Origin: a virus
Lineage: Duplodnaviria; Caudoviricetes
DNA length: 64,000 nucleotides
Virus record (IMG/VR): IMGVR_UViG_3300000756_000009
Span: 1-64,000 of that record
Direction: 5' to 3' (one strand)
The notes beneath the pieces are model-generated. The model did no database searches. It was given only the letters and a program-made list of their open reading frames with translations, and was not told the origin of the DNA. The position numbers and the translations under genes were made by a program. Below are positions 50,912 to 58,506 of the stretch, in pieces (the first letter of the stretch is position 1; every line of letters starts with the position of its first letter).

Positions 50912-51142
50912 ATGGAAACTAAAAGATCAAAATATAGAGATTTAATGATGCTAATTACTGGTGTAATTGGCCTTGGTTCTTTTGTATTTACAATCTATGC
51001 TGTTGTATATATACCTACTGTAAAAGATAATGATTTATTTGTGCAATTAATGGGTATGATACAAGGTGTAGTTATAAGTAATATATTTGCATATTATTAC
51101 GGAACTAGTGCTGAACATTCTGATAAAAATAATAACCAATAA
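50912..51142 (+). CDS. Two-TM holin-like protein
   Basis: 76 aa with two hydrophobic helices, the second ending in IFAYYYGTS. Confidence 0.55.
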   Translation: METKRSKYRDLMMLITGVIGLGSFVFTIYAVVYIPTVKDNDLFVQLMGMIQGVVISNIFAYYYGTSAEHSDKNNNQ

Positions 51143-51144
51143 AT

Positions 51145-51381
51145 ATGAAAATCATGATAAATAAAGAAGGTAAAGCAGAAGAACGCAAATGGCAAATTCA
51201 ATCTGCACTAAGTACTCTACAAAGAGCAGAAGAAATTAAGAATGATACATCTTTAATGAGAGATGTTAAAAAGGCTGCGGGTCTTGAAGCTAAAAGATTA
51301 CAAACATTAGCTAATGGTGGTAGTATTATGTCAGCACCAAAAAAAATGGCAGTTAAAAAAGTAATAACTAAAAAGAAATAA
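51145..51381 (+). CDS. Small basic hypothetical protein
   Basis: 78 aa, tightly packed in the operon. Confidence 0.7.
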   Translation: MKIMINKEGKAEERKWQIQSALSTLQRAEEIKNDTSLMRDVKKAAGLEAKRLQTLANGGSIMSAPKKMAVKKVITKKK

Positions 51382-51383
51382 TA

Positions 51384-51632
51384 ATGAAAAGTCCAAAAAC
51401 AGGTATCTCTTTTCCTATGCAAGGATTAGAATACCAAAGAGAAACAACAAATGGATATTATGATCCAACTTCTATACCTGCAGCTATTCAACGAAAAAAG
51501 AATCAAGCTCAAGTATTGAGAAGTATCAAGAAAGCAAAAGATGGAATTAACATTCCTAGGTCAAGTACAAGAGCAAATGAACCTGTTCAATCAGCTGCTT
51601 TTAAAAGTGGTTATAGAACTAATAAAAAATAA
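51384..51632 (+). CDS. Small basic hypothetical protein
   Basis: 82 aa, tightly packed in the operon. Confidence 0.7.
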   Translation: MKSPKTGISFPMQGLEYQRETTNGYYDPTSIPAAIQRKKNQAQVLRSIKKAKDGINIPRSSTRANEPVQSAAFKSGYRTNKK

Positions 51633-51637
51633 ATAAC

Positions 51638-51982
51638 ATGGCAACTATAGTAGCACAAAAAATTTTACAGTCAGGGTTAATCCCTACTTACTCTGCAGCA
51701 GCAGCTGGTGGAGATAAACTTGCCAATACTGGAGTACAATATTTTCATGTAAAAAATGCTAGTGGTGTTACTATAACTGCAAATGTAGTGCCTGTAGTAA
51801 CTGTATACATAGATCCTGTATTAGGAAAACTAGTTAAGGAAACTGCAAGTTTAGTATTACCAGCCGGGCAATCAGGATTTTTAGGACCATTTGAAACGGG
51901 TGCCTTTAATGATACACAAGGATTTATTACAATAACTTGTACAGCTATTACTTCAGTGACTTTAGCTGCACTTTATATTTAA
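51638..51982 (+). CDS. Small beta-rich putative structural/decoration protein
   Basis: 114 aa, A/G/T/V-rich (AAAGGDKLANTGVQYFHVKN). Confidence 0.6.
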   Translation: MATIVAQKILQSGLIPTYSAAAAGGDKLANTGVQYFHVKNASGVTITANVVPVVTVYIDPVLGKLVKETASLVLPAGQSGFLGPFETGAFNDTQGFITITCTAITSVTLAALYI

Positions 51983-51986
51983 AATT

Positions 51987-54359
51987 ATGAGCACTTTCAT
52001 ACAAGAGGCATTAGGATTATTAAATAGGAACCAAAAAAAAACAACTTTAGATAAAACTAAAGATTGGTTTGAGTTTGGTAAACTATATCAAACAAGTAGT
52101 TTAAATAATAAGTCAGGATATACTCCTAAAATGGACCCTTTTGTAATTAAATGGGGTGATTTTATTTGTCAAGCTACAGAAGATATGACAAGAACTTTGC
52201 CTGGGCAAGGTAATCTTGGTTATATTCCTGTATATACTGATCCGTCAGGTAGTTGTAATTGGGATACTTTAAAAGATTCCATCATTACACAAAATTCACT
52301 TAATACTATTATTAATGTTTCTGGTTCATTACAAGTACTTGCAGATGTTCAAATCTCAGGTGGAGATTTAACTGCAACTACAGCAACGTTTAATCTTTTA
52401 AATACTGCCCCGGTATCTATTATTAATTTTGGAAGTACCACTACTAATATAGAAGTGGGTGGTGCAGCTACAGTTGTTAATATTAATGGAACTGCAGAAA
52501 GTACAAATTGTACTACAGGAGCATTAGTAGTTGACGGTGGTGTTGGTATTGCTAAAAACTTAAATGTTTGTGGTGAATTATCAGTTACTGGTGCAGCATT
52601 TTTAAATGGAAATGTTTCATTAGGTAATAATATTTCTGATATTGTTAGATTATATGGAACACTTTATGATAATGCCGGCAATGGACCTTTGGTTAATCAA
52701 GTTTTAGTTGGTCAAGGTGGTGGCCAAGCTTTTTGGCAGAATGATGATGTTACTGAAGCATTAACATATGGTTCTATTTGGAGAGGTAACTCTTCAAATC
52801 TAAAAGAACAATTATCAATTGGTGCTTCAGGTACTGTATTAATTTCTGATGGAACAACTTTAAACTGGACTCCCGCACCTTGGATTACATCTTTTAATGT
52901 TGCTGGTAATATTGGAACTGGCTTACTTAGTATAACTGAAGGAAATACACTTTCTATTTTAGGTGGAACTGGTATAAGCACATCAACAACTGCTACAGAT
53001 ACTGTTACTATTAATCATTTAGATTACGGTACTGCAGGTACGTATACATATCCTTCTTCAATTACAACAAATGCCCAAGGTCACATAACAGCAATTACAT
53101 CTGGTACTGCCGGTGGTAGTGTAACTGCAAATAACGGTCTTACTATGAGTACTGCAACTAACGTTCAGTTAGGTGGTACTTTAGCACAAGGAACTACAAT
53201 TCAAACTCAAACTTTTGATATTAATTTACAAGGTACAAGCGCATTTCCAATATTGAATGTTAATCAATTAGGTACAAGCTCAGGAAGTGCTGCTATCAAA
53301 GGAACTTCAGCTGGTGGTTATGCTGGATATTTTGAAGGATTTGGTGATTCACTTGCAGCTGTATATGCTAATATTAGTAATATTACATATCCAACTATTA
53401 AAATTATTCATTCTGCTGGTGGTATTCCGGGAAGATTTGAACGTTTAGGTGCTAATAATACAGGTATAGGTACTGTATTAGGTTTATACAATGCATGTAA
53501 TACTGGTCCCGGTGCTGTTGGTTTAGGGGCCGGTATTAACTTTAATATTGAAGATGGCAGTTCATTCTCTGTTTCTGCTGGTTCTATTGCTTATGATTGG
53601 ACTTCATTCTCTGGAGGTAATACATCAAGATTTAGTATAACAACTAATCTTGCGGGTACAATAGCAAACAAACTTGAAGTAGCTGGTTCTGGTCAATTAA
53701 AGTTAAATAACTATGGTGTAAATACTTTTACAGGAACACCTACATATTTGTTAGCTACAACATCTACCGGAAATATTATTGAAACTGCTATTCCTAGTGG
53801 TTTAATGAGTAGTTTTAATGTTAGTGGTGATACTGGTTCTCCAGATACAATAACTAATGGTGAAACTCTTTCAATTGCCGGAGGCACTGGCTTATCATCA
53901 GTTGCAACTTCAGGATCTGGTGTTACTTTAAATTTAGATAATACTGCTGTTGTAGCAGGTACATATAATAATGCAACTCTTACTGTTGATGCGCAAGGTA
54001 GAATTACTAATGCAATTGAAAATGGTGCTGAACCTAAAAAACTTGTATTTTTAGTTAGTCAAAGTGGGGTAGCGGGTGCAGATCCAACACCAGTATCTAT
54101 ACAATCTACTTTAGGTTTTAGTGTTGTATTAGATTATGTTAGTGTTGGTGTATATACAATAACTTGTCTTCAACCTGTTTTTACACTTAATAAAACTGCA
54201 GTATTTATTACACCCAATGTAAATCTTGAAACACCTTATTGTGCTGCTATTCAAAGAACAAATAGTACAACATTAACTTTTGCTTCTTATAATATGGCAG
54301 GTACATATCAAAATGGTTTATTTGATTTGGCTACTATAAGAGTTGAAGTATACATTTAA
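51987..54359 (+). CDS. Tail fibre protein
   Basis: 790 aa, G/T/S/N-rich. Duplicated modules SFNVAGNIG...TLSILGGTGIST / SFNVSGDTG...TLSIAGGTGLSS and ITTNAQGHITA / LTVDAQGRITN, resembling tail-fibre repeats. Confidence 0.75.
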   Translation: MSTFIQEALGLLNRNQKKTTLDKTKDWFEFGKLYQTSSLNNKSGYTPKMDPFVIKWGDFICQATEDMTRTLPGQGNLGYIPVYTDPSGSCNWDTLKDSIITQNSLNTIINVSGSLQVLADVQISGGDLTATTATFNLLNTAPVSIINFGSTTTNIEVGGAATVVNINGTAESTNCTTGALVVDGGVGIAKNLNVCGELSVTGAAFLNGNVSLGNNISDIVRLYGTLYDNAGNGPLVNQVLVGQGGGQAFWQNDDVTEALTYGSIWRGNSSNLKEQLSIGASGTVLISDGTTLNWTPAPWITSFNVAGNIGTGLLSITEGNTLSILGGTGISTSTTATDTVTINHLDYGTAGTYTYPSSITTNAQGHITAITSGTAGGSVTANNGLTMSTATNVQLGGTLAQGTTIQTQTFDINLQGTSAFPILNVNQLGTSSGSAAIKGTSAGGYAGYFEGFGDSLAAVYANISNITYPTIKIIHSAGGIPGRFERLGANNTGIGTVLGLYNACNTGPGAVGLGAGINFNIEDGSSFSVSAGSIAYDWTSFSGGNTSRFSITTNLAGTIANKLEVAGSGQLKLNNYGVNTFTGTPTYLLATTSTGNIIETAIPSGLMSSFNVSGDTGSPDTITNGETLSIAGGTGLSSVATSGSGVTLNLDNTAVVAGTYNNATLTVDAQGRITNAIENGAEPKKLVFLVSQSGVAGADPTPVSIQSTLGFSVVLDYVSVGVYTITCLQPVFTLNKTAVFITPNVNLETPYCAAIQRTNSTTLTFASYNMAGTYQNGLFDLATIRVEVYI

Positions 54360-54377
54360 TAAATAAAAATAAACAAT

Positions 54378-54542
54378 ATGAAAAAATATCAAATAGGTGG
54401 AAGCATGCAATCACGCACAAGTGATGAATTAAATCCTAACAAAATGAAAAGTAAAGTTGCACCTAACCCCGGTTTTGTGCCATCTGGTTCAATGAGTCAG
54501 ATGAAAAAAGGTGGTCAAGTTAAAAAATCAAAAAAATACTAA
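54378..54542 (+). CDS. 54-aa basic micro-protein with two xxGG motifs
   Basis: Not in the ORF track: MKKYQIGGSMQSRTSDELNPNKMKSKVAPNPGFVPSGSMSQMKKGGQVKKSKKY. A-rich leader; the next ATG is 2 nt after the stop. Confidence 0.75.
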   Translation: MKKYQIGGSMQSRTSDELNPNKMKSKVAPNPGFVPSGSMSQMKKGGQVKKSKKY

Positions 54543-54544
54543 AC

Positions 54545-54973
54545 ATGGAAAAACTAACTTTTAATGAAATGCTTCAAGCTGCTGTAGAAGCAGTAAAGCA
54601 AGAATCAAAAACAGCTGAATTATATCAAGCATTCACAGGTGAAAAAATGAATGCAATGCAAGTTATATTCAAAGGTGATTTAAAATATCCTTCTTATGTA
54701 GTCCTTGTTGATTCATTGGGTGATACAACTGTAAAAGGTATGCCTTCACCTTATATGGAAGATTTAGTTATTAGACTTCCTTTAGAGATGACTCAAGAAG
54801 AATCTGAAGCAGCTTTAGTTGCAGCGGGTTATGATCAAAGATGGAATAGTATAACGCTTAGAGCTCCATTATATAAAATAGTATATCCCCCATTGTACAT
54901 CTATGAAGTTGAACATGTTGGATTTATTGCTGTAGACTCTACAGATTCTACTAATGTTTTCCCTTTATCTTAA
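54545..54973 (+). CDS. Hypothetical acidic protein (possible PepSY-like fold)
   Basis: 142 aa. The C-terminal half (LEMTQEESEAALVAAGY...ITLRAPL...LYIYEV...IAVDS) has an alpha/beta pattern loosely like PepSY. Fold call is weak. Confidence 0.55.
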   Translation: MEKLTFNEMLQAAVEAVKQESKTAELYQAFTGEKMNAMQVIFKGDLKYPSYVVLVDSLGDTTVKGMPSPYMEDLVIRLPLEMTQEESEAALVAAGYDQRWNSITLRAPLYKIVYPPLYIYEVEHVGFIAVDSTDSTNVFPLS

Positions 54974-54989
54974 ATTTTAAAAATCAATT

Positions 54990-55643
54990 ATGAAAAAACT
55001 ATTATTATTTGCAGTAACAATCACAATGTTAATTGGCTGCGTAAAGCAACAAGATGATCTTGATGAAAGAGAATCAGGTGTACTAAGAATCCACAAAGGT
55101 AAATTTGCTTTTTGTGGTGCTTCTGGTGCAGTGCCAACAGGTAAAAAGATTGTTATTCAAGGTGTAACCTATGATGAAGGTTGTGCTATTTGTCCTGTAT
55201 TAGATGGTCCTTCAATTTCTAACCTAGCTATGTATGGTAGTGGTGGAACCTGGGGTGACTTTAATGTAAGAAACAGTTTCAAAACTCCTGATGGAACAGA
55301 TAGTACTGTTTGGTCTTTGTTTTGGTATTTTGATGCTGCTGATAGTGTTCCTCAATTTAATCCAGAAACTAAAGAATGGGAATTGTTGCCACCAAATAAT
55401 AGAGCATTTGTAGTAAATACTGATTCACCTGAAACAAGTGAAAGTAATATGTTTTGCATGCCAGCAGTAGTGTTTGATACAACCTCAACGGGTATTGTAT
55501 TAGCTAGATGCTATGGGCCCTTAAATGAAGCAGCTGTACCATTACGTAAAGCAGTTCCTGTAAAGTCAGGAATGAAATCAATTACAGCAGCTAAAGTTGG
55601 TGCTCCCTATCCTGTAGGTACACCTATTCCTGTAAAAGAGTAA
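54990..55643 (+). CDS. Cys-containing lipoprotein
   Basis: 217 aa. MKK, a hydrophobic core and the lipobox LIGC, with several further Cys residues. Confidence 0.75.
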   Translation: MKKLLLFAVTITMLIGCVKQQDDLDERESGVLRIHKGKFAFCGASGAVPTGKKIVIQGVTYDEGCAICPVLDGPSISNLAMYGSGGTWGDFNVRNSFKTPDGTDSTVWSLFWYFDAADSVPQFNPETKEWELLPPNNRAFVVNTDSPETSESNMFCMPAVVFDTTSTGIVLARCYGPLNEAAVPLRKAVPVKSGMKSITAAKVGAPYPVGTPIPVKE

Positions 55644-55936
55644 TGACCGTTATAAAAAGTAATAATGACCGTTATAATGCACAAATAACTTAATTTTGTG
55701 CATTATAAGACACATTATCTTGAATTAGTTTAAAATTATGTTAGTATTTGTACTTATAGTGCAATATACAGCACAATAATAAACTTATAACCCGCCAAAT
55801 GTACCTATTTTTGTATAGTTTTGGCGAGTTATAACACATTTGGTATAATACTAATTGGTATAATTATTTTGGGCATAATGACTAATATAATGGTTATTAT
55901 GCCCATTTTTTATATAATCTAACCAATATATTGGTT
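55641..55936. repeat. Direct repeat plus four hairpins at the second convergent junction
   Basis: taatgaccgttataa at 55641-55655 and 55663-55677; 14-bp perfect stem 55672-55708; 15-bp stem with one mismatch 55785-55834; 13-bp stem 55870-55905; perfect palindrome aaccaatatattggtt 55921-55936 followed by a T run. Confidence 0.8.
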
Positions 55937-56061
55937 TTTTTATCTTTTGGTTTACATCTATCACAATACAAGTCTTTTGTCAAACCTGTACTTATAATAA
56001 CCGTACAATTATGACAAAGTGTAGCACCAAGGCCGCCATTAAGTTTATGTATTGGTTTCAT
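55897..56061 (-). CDS. 54-aa zinc-finger-like protein
   Basis: Not in the ORF track: MKPIHKLNGGLGATLCHNCTVIISTGLTKDLYCDRCKPKDKKTNILVRLYKKWA. Two CxxC pairs; ATGA overlap with the upstream gene. Confidence 0.75.
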   Translation of the reverse strand: MKPIHKLNGGLGATLCHNCTVIISTGLTKDLYCDRCKPKDKKTNILVRLYKKWA

Positions 56062-56534
56062 AATCTTTTTTTAATTACATAACTATGATTCCAAGTTGAT
56101 TTTTTGGTTTCCATATCTATCCATGGCCATGTTTTTTTAGCTTTACGTATATCCTTATCAGCATAATGTTTCCACCATAATATCATTTCCCAATATTTAT
56201 CATCTTTATTATCTGGTGAACGCCAATGTATTGCAAACTGCCAATTAAAAAAGAATATCATAAATGATGGAGCCCATTCAAATCTAGGAGAATCAAATTT
56301 ATCTTTCCATCCTAAATCATTAGAATGAAAAGCAATTGGCCAACCATATGATATTTCATAACCAAATAGTTTAAAAGCTTTACATCTTAAAAATCTAGGT
56401 TTTTCTTTTCTTATTGTTAAAATAGTAGAATTAAAATACCATGGTTGAAAATATGGTGTACCATAAACTATTTTGCCTAAATAATACTTCTTTACTGGAG
56501 GTACAAAAACCCCTTTAAAATCATTTATTTTCAT
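56058..56534 (-). CDS. Trp-rich hypothetical protein
   Basis: 158 aa, part of the overlapping - strand operon. Confidence 0.75.
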   Translation of the reverse strand: MKINDFKGVFVPPVKKYYLGKIVYGTPYFQPWYFNSTILTIRKEKPRFLRCKAFKLFGYEISYGWPIAFHSNDLGWKDKFDSPRFEWAPSFMIFFFNWQFAIHWRSPDNKDDKYWEMILWWKHYADKDIRKAKKTWPWIDMETKKSTWNHSYVIKKRL

Positions 56535-56709
56535 CTTTTATTTCTTTTTCAGTTAATATATAAAAAGCAGTCAAAATTTCATTCCAGTGTTCAGCCAGCT
56601 TAAAATCTAAATCTACTAGATATAAACATTGTAATATATGTTTTTCTGCGTCAGCTTTACCCAACTTAATAAAAATTTGTTTTGCTTTTTCTTCAGTTGT
56701 TATACTCAT
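56521..56709 (-). CDS. Hypothetical protein (62 aa)
   Basis: Overlaps the next gene, with an A-rich leader. Confidence 0.7.
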   Translation of the reverse strand: MSITTEEKAKQIFIKLGKADAEKHILQCLYLVDLDFKLAEHWNEILTAFYILTEKEIKDENK

Positions 56710-56714
56710 TTTTT

Positions 56715-56746
56715 AAAAGGTAAAGGGGATGGTTTTATCCACCCCC
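56715..56746 (-). terminator. GC-rich hairpin, possible terminator/attenuator
   Basis: Minus strand reads gggggtgga-taaaa-ccatcccc followed by tttacctttt. It lies only a few nt upstream of the next start. Confidence 0.35.
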
Positions 56747-56765
56747 TGTTGGTTTACCTACATAA

Positions 56766-56837
56766 TTATTTTGGATCATTTGTTATGCACAAATAAAAGC
56801 ATATAAAAGCAAATATAGCTGCTAACAAAGTCCACAT
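56766..56837 (-). CDS. 23-aa single-TM peptide
   Basis: MWTLLAAIFAFICFYLCITNDPK. Starts 2 nt after the stop of the DUF932-like gene. Confidence 0.5.
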   Translation of the reverse strand: MWTLLAAIFAFICFYLCITNDPK

Positions 56838-56839
56838 AA

Positions 56840-57748
56840 TTAATCTTTGACTAGATATATATCTTGTACTAATCTAGAGTGTGTTACATCTTCATCTATT
56901 TGAATGGCATTTTCATTCCATTCTTGCATAGTAATGTTTAAACTTGCATCTTGAGTTGTATCAAATTCAGATAAATCTAAGTCATCATTCATTGTAATGT
57001 TCATCTTTGATAATACTCTGGCTGTCATGAAATCATGAAAGTTTTGACTATCAGATAACCAATCTCTTGGATGGGCCTTTTTCAATGCATGTGTAACGTG
57101 GTTATAGAATGTCCAAGCATTTTCTTGATCACATTGGTAATCATATGATGGTTTCTCTAACTCAGCTTTAACACAAGACATTTGTGCAGCATCAAGGATA
57201 TCTTCATTGATATAAAGCCTTCCAGCAATCTCAGCCTGCTCTTGTAATGATAAATTAGTATTTCTCATTGCATCTCTATCATTAAGGATACGTTTGTAAT
57301 ACTTTTCACCATTCTTGATCTGATTAGAAATTTGCATTCTAATATCATGATCAGCAGAACCAGTATGCTTTCTTCTAAAGTTCATCATGTCACCGGCCAC
57401 CATACCATTATGGCAAACCATAACATATGCACCTATTGCACATTGAAAACGTGTGCTCTTATCATAAGAGTTTGTCCAGGCAAACATCATCCCCAACTCT
57501 TTTTCCTCCATAATGGTGGGATCAACAGTGTTGATTGGTAAGATATGATATATGCCTTGTGCTACATTGGCATCCATATTTGCTCTATATAATTCCTTTT
57601 GAATAATAAAACCGCTATCTGCTAGCAGTTGTTTTGTGTTATCTATCACTTGTTTATGTGATATAACTGTATAACTTTTACCATGATTTGGTAAGGGTGC
57701 GTTTTCTAGGTAATTCCTAGTTGTTTCTTTTGGTTTATTATAACCCAT
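56840..57748 (-). CDS. DUF932-like protein
   Basis: 302 aa. YTVISH, NSYDKS...GAYVMVCHNGM, RKHTG and AWTFYNHVT match the DUF932 pattern. Confidence 0.8.
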   Translation of the reverse strand: MGYNKPKETTRNYLENAPLPNHGKSYTVISHKQVIDNTKQLLADSGFIIQKELYRANMDANVAQGIYHILPINTVDPTIMEEKELGMMFAWTNSYDKSTRFQCAIGAYVMVCHNGMVAGDMMNFRRKHTGSADHDIRMQISNQIKNGEKYYKRILNDRDAMRNTNLSLQEQAEIAGRLYINEDILDAAQMSCVKAELEKPSYDYQCDQENAWTFYNHVTHALKKAHPRDWLSDSQNFHDFMTARVLSKMNITMNDDLDLSEFDTTQDASLNITMQEWNENAIQIDEDVTHSRLVQDIYLVKD

Positions 57749-57768
57749 AGTATTAAACTTTTAAAGTG

Positions 57769-57780
57769 TAAATGTACAAA
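57769..57780 (-). promoter_or_regulatory. Promoter-like motif TTTGTACATTTA
   Basis: About 20 nt upstream of the DUF932-like start; related to TTTACATTTACA at 3548-3559 and to the TTTGTATATTAT family. Confidence 0.5.
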
Positions 57781-57808
57781 AAATGTTTAGATAAACAAAA
57801 TATAAATA

Positions 57809-57976
57809 TTAATTATTTACATTTAGTGCATTTGTGAGTGTATAGGCATTAGAAGTACCACTTCCTAAAAAGGTATTTGTACCATTTGTAGTACGAGTAC
57901 CAAGTAATGAATTTCCAAAGATAACTCCGGTGTTGCCAGTAGTAATACTAGCATTGGAAAACACAGGAGTACTTAA
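57809..57976 (-). other. -1 frame extension (55 codons, no ATG) of the 66-aa gene, reachable by a programmed frameshift
   Basis: Slippery heptamer A_AAT_TTT (57982-57976) directly before the TAA, 6-nt spacer, and stem CTCCTGTGTT/AACACCGGAG. The open -1 frame encodes LSTPVFSNASITTGNTGVIFGNSLLGTRTTNGTNTFLGSGTSNAYTLTNALNVNN. Confidence 0.65.
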
Positions 57977-58173
57977 AAATTTCTGATTACAATTTGTACA
58001 TTGTCAGGATTTGTGGCATATTCTTCAGGAATTTCTCTTGTGATTTTAAATACAAGGTCTTTTTCTGATTTAGCTAATACTGTGGTTGGTTCAATGATGA
58101 TTTTTGAATCTACATAAACACCATCTTTGTCATTTTCATGCAGAATTACTGCATATTGGAATAAATTTTTCAT
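57973..58173 (-). CDS. 66-aa hypothetical protein ending at a slippery site
   Basis: Ends ...GTA ATC AGA AAT TTT TAA. Confidence 0.8.
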   Translation of the reverse strand: MKNLFQYAVILHENDKDGVYVDSKIIIEPTTVLAKSEKDLVFKITREIPEEYATNPDNVQIVIRNF

Positions 58174-58184
58174 TGTTATTTGGT

Positions 58185-58487
58185 TTAATTGTTTTTTACA
58201 AATTGTCCATTAACCATTTTACCGGTTCTCTTACTAATTACTTTGTATGCTGACTCAAGGCATTCCTCCAAGGTTAATCCTTGCATTTTACATTGAATAA
58301 TTAATGTAACTACAATGTCCCCAATAGCATCAATGATCTCAGGACGATTGTCCTCTCTAATAGCAGTGTATAATTCATTAACTTCTTCCTGTGTTTTATC
58401 ACATTGTCTAAGTGTTGTGGCATTAGCTAAAATACCTTTTTCTTCTGCCCACGCTTCTACTGCGCATTCTAATTCAAAATAATCCAT
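58185..58487 (-). CDS. MazG-like nucleotide pyrophosphohydrolase
   Basis: 100 aa. KTQEEVNEL and DAIGDIVVTL are the acidic MazG motifs. Confidence 0.85.
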   Translation of the reverse strand: MDYFELECAVEAWAEEKGILANATTLRQCDKTQEEVNELYTAIREDNRPEIIDAIGDIVVTLIIQCKMQGLTLEECLESAYKVISKRTGKMVNGQFVKNN

Positions 58488-58506
58488 GTTTTTTTCTTTT
58501 TTTTAA

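Noticed and set aside
406-54359. Diversity-generating retroelement targeting the fibre genes
   Set aside because: No reverse transcriptase and no template/variable repeat pair were seen in this window.
55641-55936. Possible CRISPR mini-array
   Set aside because: Only two 15-bp direct copies separated by 7 nt, with no regular repeat-spacer period.
17155-57767. Repeated ACTTTAAAA in four intergenic regions (17158, 22188, and on the - strand near 47642-47650 and 57759-57767) as an operator
   Set aside because: It is very AT-rich, also occurs in coding DNA (e.g. near 26410), and its spacing to the promoter motif is inconsistent. It cannot be separated from chance without statistics.
44866-57808. 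tRNA or other structured RNA genes in the intergenic gaps
   Set aside because: No cloverleaf or T-loop (GTTCRA) pattern was found in any gap; the gaps are short or explained by hairpins and promoters.
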